A DNA stretch of 25,301 nt from a virus: the UHGV virus genome UHGV-0254345; one strand, 5' to 3'. The translations under genes were made by a program, and so were the position numbers. The notes under the pieces were generated by a model that had not been told where the DNA came from, did not search any database, and saw only the letters and a program-made list of their open reading frames with translations. Positions 1-6,605 of this stretch are shown one piece after another; position 1 is the first letter of the stretch, and every line of letters begins with the position of its first letter.

Positions 1-2
1 AG

Positions 3-218
3 TTAAGAAAGCGTCCTGATTTCCTTGTCTGGCTCTGTGAAAAGCTGGGGGTAATGAGAATCCCCTCCATGTTTAACATGGACTCCTGGTGGACCCCGTC
101 GCTCTCCCGTGATGCCCTGTGCGTGGTGTTTAAAGTAGGCGCTTATGGCAGGGAAATAAAAGGGGGTATTCCTGAAGAATGCCAGGAGATTAAACATTCT
201 GAATATGTGGCGCTGACG
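3..218 (+). CDS. 3' end of an upstream gene (hypothetical protein, partial)
   Basis: Open frame from window edge to TAA at 216-218 (…GREIKGGIPEECQEIKHSEYVALTEE*); not in ORF track because it lacks an in-window start; protein-like composition; same strand as downstream operon. Confidence 0.3.
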
Positions 219-230
219 GAGGAATAATTC

Positions 231-578
231 ATGATTGATGCAAAAGTGCTTGAAGGGGTTAAAAACTGGCTGAGTATTTACGGGCGTCTGACCTGCGGCA
301 TTCTGGCTGAAAAAATGAATATGCCGCCATCCTCGATGGTTTATTTTCTGCGTGATGCGGTCGATGCCGGGGTGCTGACGGAATGTAACGGTTTTTATGA
401 TATTCCGCGTCCCCGCCCGGTGCAGCCGGTTCGTCGCAAATGCAGCCAGGAAGGTGCGGCTGATGATGTTCAGTGGTGCAGCTTCAGAAAATCCCTGCCG
501 TGGATTGAGGGGCATGATATTCCGTCAATGGCGTGGGAATTTGCTCAGGGCGTTCTGACCTGTATTTGTCCTCCGTAA
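231..578 (+). CDS. putative HTH DNA-binding protein, probably C-terminally truncated by rearrangement
   Basis: ATG at 231 preceded by GGAGG (about 9 nt upstream); N-terminal helix-turn-helix-like segment; last 13 in-frame residues SMAWEFAQGVLTC are encoded by repeat A (521-563), then a 4-codon tail (ICPP) ends inside repeat B. Confidence 0.5.
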   Translation: MIDAKVLEGVKNWLSIYGRLTCGILAEKMNMPPSSMVYFLRDAVDAGVLTECNGFYDIPRPRPVQPVRRKCSQEGAADDVQWCSFRKSLPWIEGHDIPSMAWEFAQGVLTCICPP

Positions 579-747
579 AACGCAGTCCCTTAAAACAAAA
601 ACCACTGATACTGAATTCAAATACCGACCGGCACGCAACATTCAGCACGGCCTCAAGGCGTTTCGCCTCATCCTTAACTTTCTGGCAGTCCTGCTGATAT
701 TTTTGCCACGCGGCCAGCGCGGAAGGGTTTGATGTTTTAAAGAACAT
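484..747 (-). CDS. hypothetical protein; N-terminal part looks like the displaced 5' half of a gene (fused via repeat B to an out-of-frame tail)
   Basis: Minus-strand ATG (plus 745-747) preceded by GGAGG about 8 nt upstream on the minus strand, overlapping the stop of the upstream minus ORF as TAATG; contains repeat-B-encoded peptide FEFSISGFCFKGLRFTEDKY. Confidence 0.4.
   Translation of the reverse strand: MFFKTSNPSALAAWQKYQQDCQKVKDEAKRLEAVLNVACRSVFEFSISGFCFKGLRFTEDKYRSERPEQIPTPLTEYHAPQSTAGIF
521..563. repeat. inverted repeat A (43 bp), partner at 948-990
   Basis: tccgtcaatggcgtgggaatttgctcagggcgttctgacctgt is the exact reverse complement of 948-990 by direct comparison. Confidence 0.9.
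564..619. repeat. inverted repeat B (56 bp), partner at 991-1046
   Basis: atttgtcctccgtaaaacgcagtcccttaaaacaaaaaccactgatactgaattca is the exact reverse complement of 991-1046; abuts repeat A. Confidence 0.9.
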
Positions 748-983
748 TACGCCACCTCCGCAGATATCCCGGCAGGCGCGGCCGTCCGGTCAACAATCAG
801 GTAACGCAGAACGCGCGAGGTGATATTCCAGCCGCTTAAACCGCAGATAATGACACCCAGGCGTATGTCGATATACGCCATCACAAACCGGGGCACGCCT
901 TCTTTCATGGCCTGCTCATCAACTTCAGCCACCACATAAACGGTTTCACAGGTCAGAACGCCCTGAGCAAATTCCCACGCCAT
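747..983 (-). CDS. hypothetical protein fragment; looks like the displaced 3' half of the gene at 231-578
   Basis: Begins MAWEFAQGVLTC (encoded by repeat A' in the same frame as in ORF 231-578); no clear SD before its ATG; stop overlaps next minus ORF start. Confidence 0.35.
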   Translation of the reverse strand: MAWEFAQGVLTCETVYVVAEVDEQAMKEGVPRFVMAYIDIRLGVIICGLSGWNITSRVLRYLIVDRTAAPAGISAEVA

Positions 984-990
984 TGACGGA
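948..990. repeat. inverted repeat A' (reverse complement of 521-563)
   Basis: Exact 43-bp reverse-complement match. Confidence 0.9.
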
Positions 991-1378
991 TGAATTCAGT
1001 ATCAGTGGTTTTTGTTTTAAGGGACTGCGTTTTACGGAGGACAAATATCCTTTTCATCGCGACTTATGGCGAAAACCGACTGCGTCGAATGGCTGGAGCT
1101 GCACGCCGCGCACATCGCGCATTCCCAAAGCCCTGCGCACTGCCTCTGACGAACTGAACAGTCTGTGGCGTGAATATTCGCCCGTCACGTATGCCAGAAC
1201 CGATGCCCTGTTGTTCTGGCTGGGCATTGATTTCTCAGCAATCCTGTATGGCCCTGTGGAGTGGTTCTGCGTTGACGATGTGATTTATCTTCAGTGCGGT
1301 GTAAAACCCGCAAATCAGAAAATGACCGAAATTCTGTCTGATGAGTTTTATGCTGCTGAAAAGCGAGTCAGGGGGTGA
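983..1378 (+). pseudogene. hypothetical protein lacking its native 5' end (start only via TTG, no SD)
   Basis: Frame is open from 854; first candidate start is TTG 983 with no RBS; N-terminal 20 aa duplicate the repeat-B peptide of the minus ORF 484-747; ends 3 nt before the next gene. Confidence 0.4.
991..1046. repeat. inverted repeat B' (reverse complement of 564-619)
   Basis: Exact 56-bp reverse-complement match (a 57th base may also match). Confidence 0.9.
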
Positions 1379-1381
1379 TGC

Positions 1382-1933
1382 ATGATGAAATTACAACCCA
1401 TGGGGCGAAAAGGTCGTGCACCTGCTCATGTCCGCCCGTGGACACCTGAAGAAGATGCGCTGCTGATTGCGCTTTATTCCTCCACCCCGGTTAAGGATAT
1501 TGCCGCCAGAATAAAAAGAAGTGTCTGGGCCGTATATAACCGGACTGGCGTATTGCGCAGTACATACCCGGAGTTGCTGAAATATAAACGACCGCGATTT
1601 ACACCTGATGAAGATAAATTTATCCGAAAAAATGCCCGGACAATGACCTGCCAGCAAATGGGGGATTATCTCGGACGTAATAAAGACTCTGTCAGGTGCC
1701 GCGCAGGAATGATTGGTGCCGGATTAACAAAGTGCGGTGAGTTACGCCCCGGCACACGTATATCTGATGAGGATGTTCGTCTTATACGTGCACTACGGGA
1801 TTCCGATTACCCTCGCCGTCTGTCATTCCGGGAAATTGGCGAAAAGTTTGGCATATCTGAACATTCTGCTCACGCTGTTTATTACCGTCGACGGACCGCC
1901 GAGGACGCTGTATTACGGGAGTTAACGCCATGA
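1382..1933 (+). CDS. putative DNA-binding protein with tandem Myb/SANT-like HTH repeats
   Basis: GGGGG SD-like run upstream of ATG; three repeats of a W/F-T-P-(E/D)-ED…L-like motif (PWTPEEDALL, RFTPDEDKFI, ISDEDVRLI) typical of Myb/SANT-type helix-turn-helix domains; stop overlaps next start (ATGA). Confidence 0.5.
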   Translation: MMKLQPMGRKGRAPAHVRPWTPEEDALLIALYSSTPVKDIAARIKRSVWAVYNRTGVLRSTYPELLKYKRPRFTPDEDKFIRKNARTMTCQQMGDYLGRNKDSVRCRAGMIGAGLTKCGELRPGTRISDEDVRLIRALRDSDYPRRLSFREIGEKFGISEHSAHAVYYRRRTAEDAVLRELTP

Positions 1934-2115
1934 TAAAGAGACTTGTATTTTTCGCAATTATCGTTCCAGTGTGGGGGACTGGTTTTATATTTGCGATTAC
2001 AGGAAACCTGTCCATTATGCCTGACATTTGGTTCTTTATCAGGATGTCGCTCTTCCTGTTTATTATGGATTTTCTCATCGGTATATACATTCGTATTTCC
2101 GGGAGGCGTAAATGA
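1930..2115 (+). CDS. small membrane protein (two predicted TM helices), hypothetical
   Basis: ATGA overlap with upstream stop; 61 aa, very hydrophobic (LVFFAIIVPVWGTGFIFAI… / MSLFLFIMDFLIGIYI); lies in AT-rich segment. Confidence 0.45.
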   Translation: MIKRLVFFAIIVPVWGTGFIFAITGNLSIMPDIWFFIRMSLFLFIMDFLIGIYIRISGRRK

Positions 2116-2486
2116 GAAAAATCACGTCCTTGTCAGAGTTACAGGAGATGAATATGAGCATTGAATTAAGAACGTCTTATGAATATCGTAAAATTCTTAT
2201 CGCCGGAGGTATGAAACCGGAAGATGCGGAAAAAATCGTTTCTTTTATGGATAAAGAATGTGACAAACGGGATGTGCCAGAAATTATTATGGATGACATG
2301 ATTCTGGATTCAGCCGTAGCGTTAAGTCCGTTATGGATTGTGCATTCTCTTGCAGAAATTGCCAGAGGCACCGATAAAATGGCTGCTGTTGCTGCCCTTC
2401 AGACGCTTAATGAAATGCGTATATCTCCACGCCCGACATTAATACATATGATTCTGTCCAGCATGGAGGATAAAGCTAATGAATAG
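2112..2486 (+). CDS. hypothetical protein (acidic, soluble)
   Basis: ATGA overlap with upstream stop; 124-aa ORF in AT-rich segment; no recognised motif. Confidence 0.45.
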   Translation: MRKITSLSELQEMNMSIELRTSYEYRKILIAGGMKPEDAEKIVSFMDKECDKRDVPEIIMDDMILDSAVALSPLWIVHSLAEIARGTDKMAAVAALQTLNEMRISPRPTLIHMILSSMEDKANE

Positions 2487-2676
2487 TCTACCCGCTGGAT
2501 GGGCGCGGCCATTGATGGCTAAGAAGCATCATTTTTTTAAAACAGGTGAAAATATCAGTATATGTGGGCGGTGGTTATATCTGGCTCATAATCGCGAGCC
2601 GGATACATTTGAAAGCCCTGATGACTGTGCCGAATGCCGCAGAAGACTGAATAAGGAGAAAGATAATGGACAGTAG
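2479..2676 (+). CDS. small hypothetical protein, possible Cys-containing metal-binding motif
   Basis: Overlaps upstream stop; 65 aa with ICGRW…DDCAEC spacing; weakly supported. Confidence 0.35.
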   Translation: MNSLPAGWARPLMAKKHHFFKTGENISICGRWLYLAHNREPDTFESPDDCAECRRRLNKEKDNGQ

Positions 2677-2962
2677 TTCGCAGTTGTTCTGGTGTTTATA
2701 TATCACATCGTTTTTCGGTGCATTCGTCATTACACGATGGCTGTGCCGGAAAGTTATCAGTATTTTTCATAAAAAATACCTGATTGGGCTGGCGGCGGCT
2801 TCTCTGATTAATGCACTTGCCAGATATCATAAGGGGGAATACTACTCAAGAATAAAAACTGTTGATGGTTTTAATATTTTTGTGATTCCTCCGGAGTATC
2901 GGGTTCAGCTCGATCGGGAAAATAATATCTATCATATCAGCAGGAGTGTTGATACAGCATGA
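2666..2962 (+). CDS. hypothetical protein with N-terminal TM segment
   Basis: Overlaps upstream stop and its own stop overlaps the gemA-like start (ATGA); hydrophobic N-terminus LFWCLYITSFFGAFVI. Confidence 0.45.
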   Translation: MDSSSQLFWCLYITSFFGAFVITRWLCRKVISIFHKKYLIGLAAASLINALARYHKGEYYSRIKTVDGFNIFVIPPEYRVQLDRENNIYHISRSVDTA

Positions 2963-3468
2963 GAGGGAAACTGATATCCGCCATTCATGTGGCAAAGCGC
3001 GAGCTTGCCCTGGATGATGAAACCTATACATTCGTTCTGCTGGCAGCCACCGGCAAATCCAGTTGCCGGGATATGTCACCGGATGAGTTATCCCGCGTGC
3101 TGGATGTTTTCAAAAAACGCGGTTTTAAAGTGCGTCAGAAACCGGTTAACCGGGCCTTAAAACCGGGTACGGTGACCGCCAAAATTCGCGCCATCTGGAA
3201 GGTAATGCACCGGCAGGGCTTTATCGCTGATGGCGGGGAAACGGCCCTTAACCGCTGGGTGAAGTCGCAGACGGCCGCGCAGAACGGTGGCGAAGGTGTG
3301 GCTAACTGGCAGTGGCTGGAGCAACACCCCGCACTGGCCTCGGATGTGCTGGAGCGTCTCAAACGCTGGCACCGTCGCAAGATGCTGGATGTGCTGGGGA
3401 TGTCAGCGCGTACAGTGATGAGTTATGAGCGCGTTTGCAGGCTGTATGAAGAATTCTCCCCTTTTTAA
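2959..3468 (+). CDS. gemA: GemA-like regulatory protein (Mu gp16 family)
   Basis: 169 aa; N-terminal MRGKLISAIHVAKRELALDDETY… resembles the GemA/gp16 family as remembered; position immediately upstream of the Mor/C activator matches Mu-like synteny. Confidence 0.6.
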   Translation: MRGKLISAIHVAKRELALDDETYTFVLLAATGKSSCRDMSPDELSRVLDVFKKRGFKVRQKPVNRALKPGTVTAKIRAIWKVMHRQGFIADGGETALNRWVKSQTAAQNGGEGVANWQWLEQHPALASDVLERLKRWHRRKMLDVLGMSARTVMSYERVCRLYEEFSPF

Positions 3469-3472
3469 CCCC

Positions 3473-3503
3473 AAATCCCGCCACAGCGCGGGATTTTTAT
3501 TTT
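3473..3503 (+). terminator. rho-independent terminator
   Basis: 9-bp perfect stem AAATCCCGC / GCGGGATTT (3473-3481 / 3488-3496), 6-nt loop, followed by TTATTTT; sits 5 nt after the gemA-like stop. Confidence 0.7.
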
Positions 3504-3538
3504 AAACTTGCCCTGTGTAATGATGACCGGAGGCGGGT

Positions 3539-3961
3539 ATGGCTGAAACACAGATGAGCATGTTTGGTGACAGCGAACAGCTGCACGCGCTGATTGACCG
3601 TCTGGATGATATTCCTGATGATGAGCTGAAAAAGAACTGGCCCGGCACGCTGCGTGACCTGGTTGATGTGATCAGTGCTGAACTGCACCGTCAGGGGATT
3701 GAATCTGCTCAGGCGGGAATGCTTGCCCGTAAGGTTGCGGCCGCACAGGCCGGGTACATGGGCGGGCGTGGTTATTATCTCCCGGTCGGTGAATCCCTTT
3801 TCACCGAACTGCGCAATAATGAGATTTTTTCCCGCTGGAGCCAGGGTGAAAAAATTGAAACCCTGCGCCGCCATTACCAGATGTCAGAGACGCAGATTTA
3901 CTCCGTTATCCGCAACCAGCGTCGCCTGCATCAGGAGCGCACGCAGCCCCGGCTTTTCTGA
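3539..3961 (+). CDS. Mor/C-family transcriptional activator of late genes
   Basis: 140 aa; GGAGG 8 nt upstream of ATG; Mor/C-like C-terminal region; located directly upstream of the endolysin as C is in Mu. Confidence 0.75.
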   Translation: MAETQMSMFGDSEQLHALIDRLDDIPDDELKKNWPGTLRDLVDVISAELHRQGIESAQAGMLARKVAAAQAGYMGGRGYYLPVGESLFTELRNNEIFSRWSQGEKIETLRRHYQMSETQIYSVIRNQRRLHQERTQPRLF

Positions 3962-4032
3962 TATTCCGCAAATCCTGCCCCCTTTTTTCCACGGTTACGC
4001 TGGCTCAGAGAACACCATGAGACAGCGTAACA

Positions 4033-4533
4033 ATGCCAAAACTCCCCGCGCCACTGCGTAAAAAGCTGATTGCCCTTGTTCTGGCCGGAGCCGGGACGTT
4101 CACTATTGCCACGCACTACACCGGCTACTGGGAAGGGAAAGAAAACACCACGTATCTCGACCCCACCGGCACCCCCACCATCTGCCACGGCCATACCGGC
4201 CCGGATGTGAAACCGGGTATGACAAAAACCGATGAAGAATGTCTGGAACTGCTGGAAAAGGACATGAAATGGGCCTTTGCGGCCATTGACCGGCGTGTTC
4301 AGGTGCCACTTACCCGTGGTCAGACGGTGGCGCTGGCTTCGTGGATCTTCTGGGCCGGTGAAACGAACTTCCGCAACTCCACGCTTCTGCGCCTTATCAA
4401 TGCCGGACAGATGCCCGCGTCCTGTAAGCAGTATATCCGCTGGATTTATTCAAAGGGGGTGAAACTCCCCGGCCTTGAGGCCCGCCGTTCGGCGGATGAA
4501 TGGTTATGTCGCTACGACTTGCCGAAAGTCTGA
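4033..4533 (+). CDS. lys: SAR endolysin (T4-lysozyme-like, glycoside hydrolase family 24)
   Basis: N-terminal weakly hydrophobic Gly/Ala-rich segment LIALVLAGAGTFTIA (signal-anchor-release type); catalytic E-x8-D-x5-T spacing in WEGKENTTYLDPTGTPT; conserved HGHTGPD and AAIDRRVQVPLT blocks as in Mu/P1-type lysozymes. Confidence 0.8.
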   Translation: MPKLPAPLRKKLIALVLAGAGTFTIATHYTGYWEGKENTTYLDPTGTPTICHGHTGPDVKPGMTKTDEECLELLEKDMKWAFAAIDRRVQVPLTRGQTVALASWIFWAGETNFRNSTLLRLINAGQMPASCKQYIRWIYSKGVKLPGLEARRSADEWLCRYDLPKV

Positions 4534-4597
4534 ACCAGCTCTGTCGACCGCTCATGATTGCGCTGTTATGTGCCGTTGTGGCGCTGCGGGGGGCACT

Positions 4598-4996
4598 GTG
4601 GCTGTGGTGAACAATCCCTTACCGGCCCTGATTGCCGGGGCGAGCATGGCGGCGCTGGGGATTATCGCCGTACTGGTTGCCGCGATATGGGGAATGCACC
4701 AGAAGACGCAGCGTCTTGAGGGCAATAATCAGGTACTTGTGCGTGAGCGGGATGAGGTGCGTCAGGTGCTGGCAAATCAGCAGCACACCCTGCACCTCAT
4801 TTCACAAATCAGTGAGGCGGCCACGAATGAAAAGCAACAGAACATTCAGCACAGCGAGGAGCAGCAGAGCGTTGTCCGCCGGTCGCTGGCAACAGTGCCT
4901 GCGGCCTCTGTTCCTGTGCCTGATGATGTGGCTGAGCGGGTGCGCCGGGCCGTCTGTGAAATACGTGCCTGTGCAGCCGGTTCCGATCCCCGCTGA
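4598..4996 (+). CDS. i-spanin candidate (Rz-like)
   Basis: GTG 4598 preceded by a G-rich SD-like run (alternative ATG 4568); N-terminal TM helix LPALIAGASMAALGIIAVLVAAIWG followed by Q/E/R-rich coiled-coil-like sequence; directly downstream of the endolysin. Confidence 0.5.
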   Translation: MAVVNNPLPALIAGASMAALGIIAVLVAAIWGMHQKTQRLEGNNQVLVRERDEVRQVLANQQHTLHLISQISEAATNEKQQNIQHSEEQQSVVRRSLATVPAASVPVPDDVAERVRRAVCEIRACAAGSDPR

Positions 4997-5198
4997 ATGG
5001 CTGGCTGACTGCCTGGTCCCTCCTGCGCCGGAGCCGTTCACGTTTGGGGCATCGGTCACTTACAACCTGCAACTGCTGGCGGTGATCAAGAACTGCAACG
5101 TGGACAAGGCCAGTATTCGTCGTCTGGAGGCGCGGCGACAACATGAATTTACTGATATGGCCGGAACGCCTGCTGTTCCGGCAGGAAAGACGAAGTAA
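4827..5198 (+). CDS. o-spanin candidate (Rz1-like lipoprotein), overlapped in +1 frame with i-spanin
   Basis: Begins inside the i-spanin gene in another frame and runs past its end; lipobox-like LSGC preceded by hydrophobic LFLCLMMWL; mature part proline-rich (VPVQPVPIPAEW…PPAPEPF). Signal region unusually long, so start is uncertain. Confidence 0.45.
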   Translation: MKSNRTFSTARSSRALSAGRWQQCLRPLFLCLMMWLSGCAGPSVKYVPVQPVPIPAEWLADCLVPPAPEPFTFGASVTYNLQLLAVIKNCNVDKASIRRLEARRQHEFTDMAGTPAVPAGKTK

Positions 5199-5208
5199 GG
5201 AAAAAGGT

Positions 5209-5436
5209 ATGGATGATTCAGATTGTGCTCAGGCTGTCATGGAGCGGGCAACAGAACGCGCCCTTTGTGACCGGCTGACACGTAAGCGCCGGGTGGCGGA
5301 GACACCGGGCAGGCGTGTATGCGCGGACTGCGGGGGTGATATTCCGGCTGCCCGTCTGGTTGCCGTGCCGGATGCCATCCGTTGTGTGAACTGCCAGAAC
5401 ATCATGGAGGCCGGTCATGTGGGTCAGCATCGTTAA
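5209..5436 (+). CDS. TraR/DksA-family C4 zinc-finger protein
   Basis: AAGGA SD before ATG 5209; 75 aa with C-x2-C…C-x2-C (CADCGGD…CVNC). Confidence 0.7.
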   Translation: MDDSDCAQAVMERATERALCDRLTRKRRVAETPGRRVCADCGGDIPAARLVAVPDAIRCVNCQNIMEAGHVGQHR

Positions 5437-5728
5437 AGATTATGTTGTCCCGATCCTGTCGGCAACGGCCACGGCCGGGGGGATCTTCATGGCGCTGATG
5501 CGCAAAACCTTCGTCCCCCGCGAGGCCTTTGAAAAACTCTCCGATCGGGTTGAGCGGGTGGAGAGCCGGATTTCCGGCCTGCCCACGCAGCAGGAGGTGA
5601 ACAGACTCAATATCGAAATCACCACCCTGCGCGGTGAGCTAAAGGCCACCAACGCCACCCTGAAATCCGTCTCTCATCAGAACGAACTGCTGCTGGAGCA
5701 GGCTGTAAGGAAAAAACACAATGAGTGA
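5417..5728 (+). CDS. small membrane protein (N-terminal TM + coiled coil), Mu gp25-like position
   Basis: GGAGG about 7 nt upstream of ATG; TM segment VVPILSATATAGGIFMALM followed by a heptad-like charged region. Confidence 0.5.
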   Translation: MWVSIVKDYVVPILSATATAGGIFMALMRKTFVPREAFEKLSDRVERVESRISGLPTQQEVNRLNIEITTLRGELKATNATLKSVSHQNELLLEQAVRKKHNE

Positions 5729-6011
5729 TTTCATTACTGAAGATCAGCGTCTTGTCATTCTGCGGTCGCTGGCGGATTACAACGGCGAACTGGGCGAATC
5801 CGTGCTTCAGGACTGCCTGGATGATTACGGCCACCGCGTGTCCCGCGACACCGTTCACACCCACATTGCCTGGCTTGCTGAGCAGGGACTGGTGCGTAAG
5901 CGCACGCTTGTTAACGGTTATTTCATCGCTGAACTGACCGGCCGGGGTCAGGATGTGGCGGAAGGTCGTGCCACTGTTCCGGGTGTGAAGAAACCACGCG
6001 CAAGGGGGTAA
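5721..6011 (+). CDS. hypothetical protein (possible winged-helix), Mu gp26-like position
   Basis: AAGGA upstream of ATG; 96 aa; overlaps upstream stop; ends 2 nt before TerS-like start. Confidence 0.5.
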   Translation: MSDFITEDQRLVILRSLADYNGELGESVLQDCLDDYGHRVSRDTVHTHIAWLAEQGLVRKRTLVNGYFIAELTGRGQDVAEGRATVPGVKKPRARG

Positions 6012-6013
6012 CG

Positions 6014-6595
6014 ATGGATAAGCCGACGCGTGGCCGTGTACGCAAGGTGGATTTGCTCCCCGACAGCATCCGTAAGCCGCTGCTGGAAATGCTGCGTGAA
6101 AAACGCCTGACGCAGGTCCAGATCCGCGAGGAAATCAACCGTCTGATCCGTGAGGCAGGCCTGCCGGAAGAGCAGCAGCTTTCACCGGCGGCCATCAGCC
6201 GGGAAGCCTCCCGTAATGAGCTGATTGCCCGTAATCTGCGTGATTTACGCGAGCAGACAAAAGCCATGATGGCCGAACTGGGGGATAAGCCGACCGGTGA
6301 AACCACGGCACTGATTCTGGAGATGTCCCGTGCCCTGATGTACCGCCGTCTGCGTGCCGCCACCGAATCCCTGAACAGCGACAGCGATGTGGATATGCGC
6401 CTTATTAAGGACATCCTCCTGTCGGCACAGCGTGCGGAAAGTGCCGCCGAGCGCAGCATTAAGCGTGAAAAAGAAATCCGGGCCGCATTTGCTGAAGAGA
6501 TGGCGAACGCCGTCACCGACGAGTTGCGCGGCGTGGATGGCATGAGCGAGCAGATAGAATTCCGTATCAGGCAGATGCTGCTTGGTAAGGCGTAG
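6014..6595 (+). CDS. terminase small subunit-like protein (Mu gp27 / DUF3486-like)
   Basis: AAGGGGG SD; 193 aa, basic N-terminus (RGRVRKVDLLPDSIRK) consistent with a DNA-binding small terminase; immediately upstream of large terminase. Confidence 0.6.
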   Translation: MDKPTRGRVRKVDLLPDSIRKPLLEMLREKRLTQVQIREEINRLIREAGLPEEQQLSPAAISREASRNELIARNLRDLREQTKAMMAELGDKPTGETTALILEMSRALMYRRLRAATESLNSDSDVDMRLIKDILLSAQRAESAAERSIKREKEIRAAFAEEMANAVTDELRGVDGMSEQIEFRIRQMLLGKA

Positions 6596-6605
6596 GAGGT
6601 GAATC

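Noticed and set aside
3-515. 170-aa minus-strand ORF at the left edge
   Set aside because: Antisense to a well-supported plus-strand gene with a GGAGG RBS (231-578) and to the upstream plus-strand reading frame; His/Arg/Phe-rich composition typical of a shadow ORF; no RBS.
521-1047. Gin/Hin-type invertase crossover sites (gix/hix-like) within the inverted repeats
   Set aside because: I could not recognise the 26-bp imperfect dyad of serine-invertase sites in either repeat and no invertase gene is in the window; the repeats are treated as homology blocks of unknown mechanism.
4632-5198. 188-aa ORF-track call covering the o-spanin frame
   Set aside because: Its first 65 codons overlap the i-spanin in another frame with no start context; the lipobox-containing product more plausibly begins at ATG 4827.
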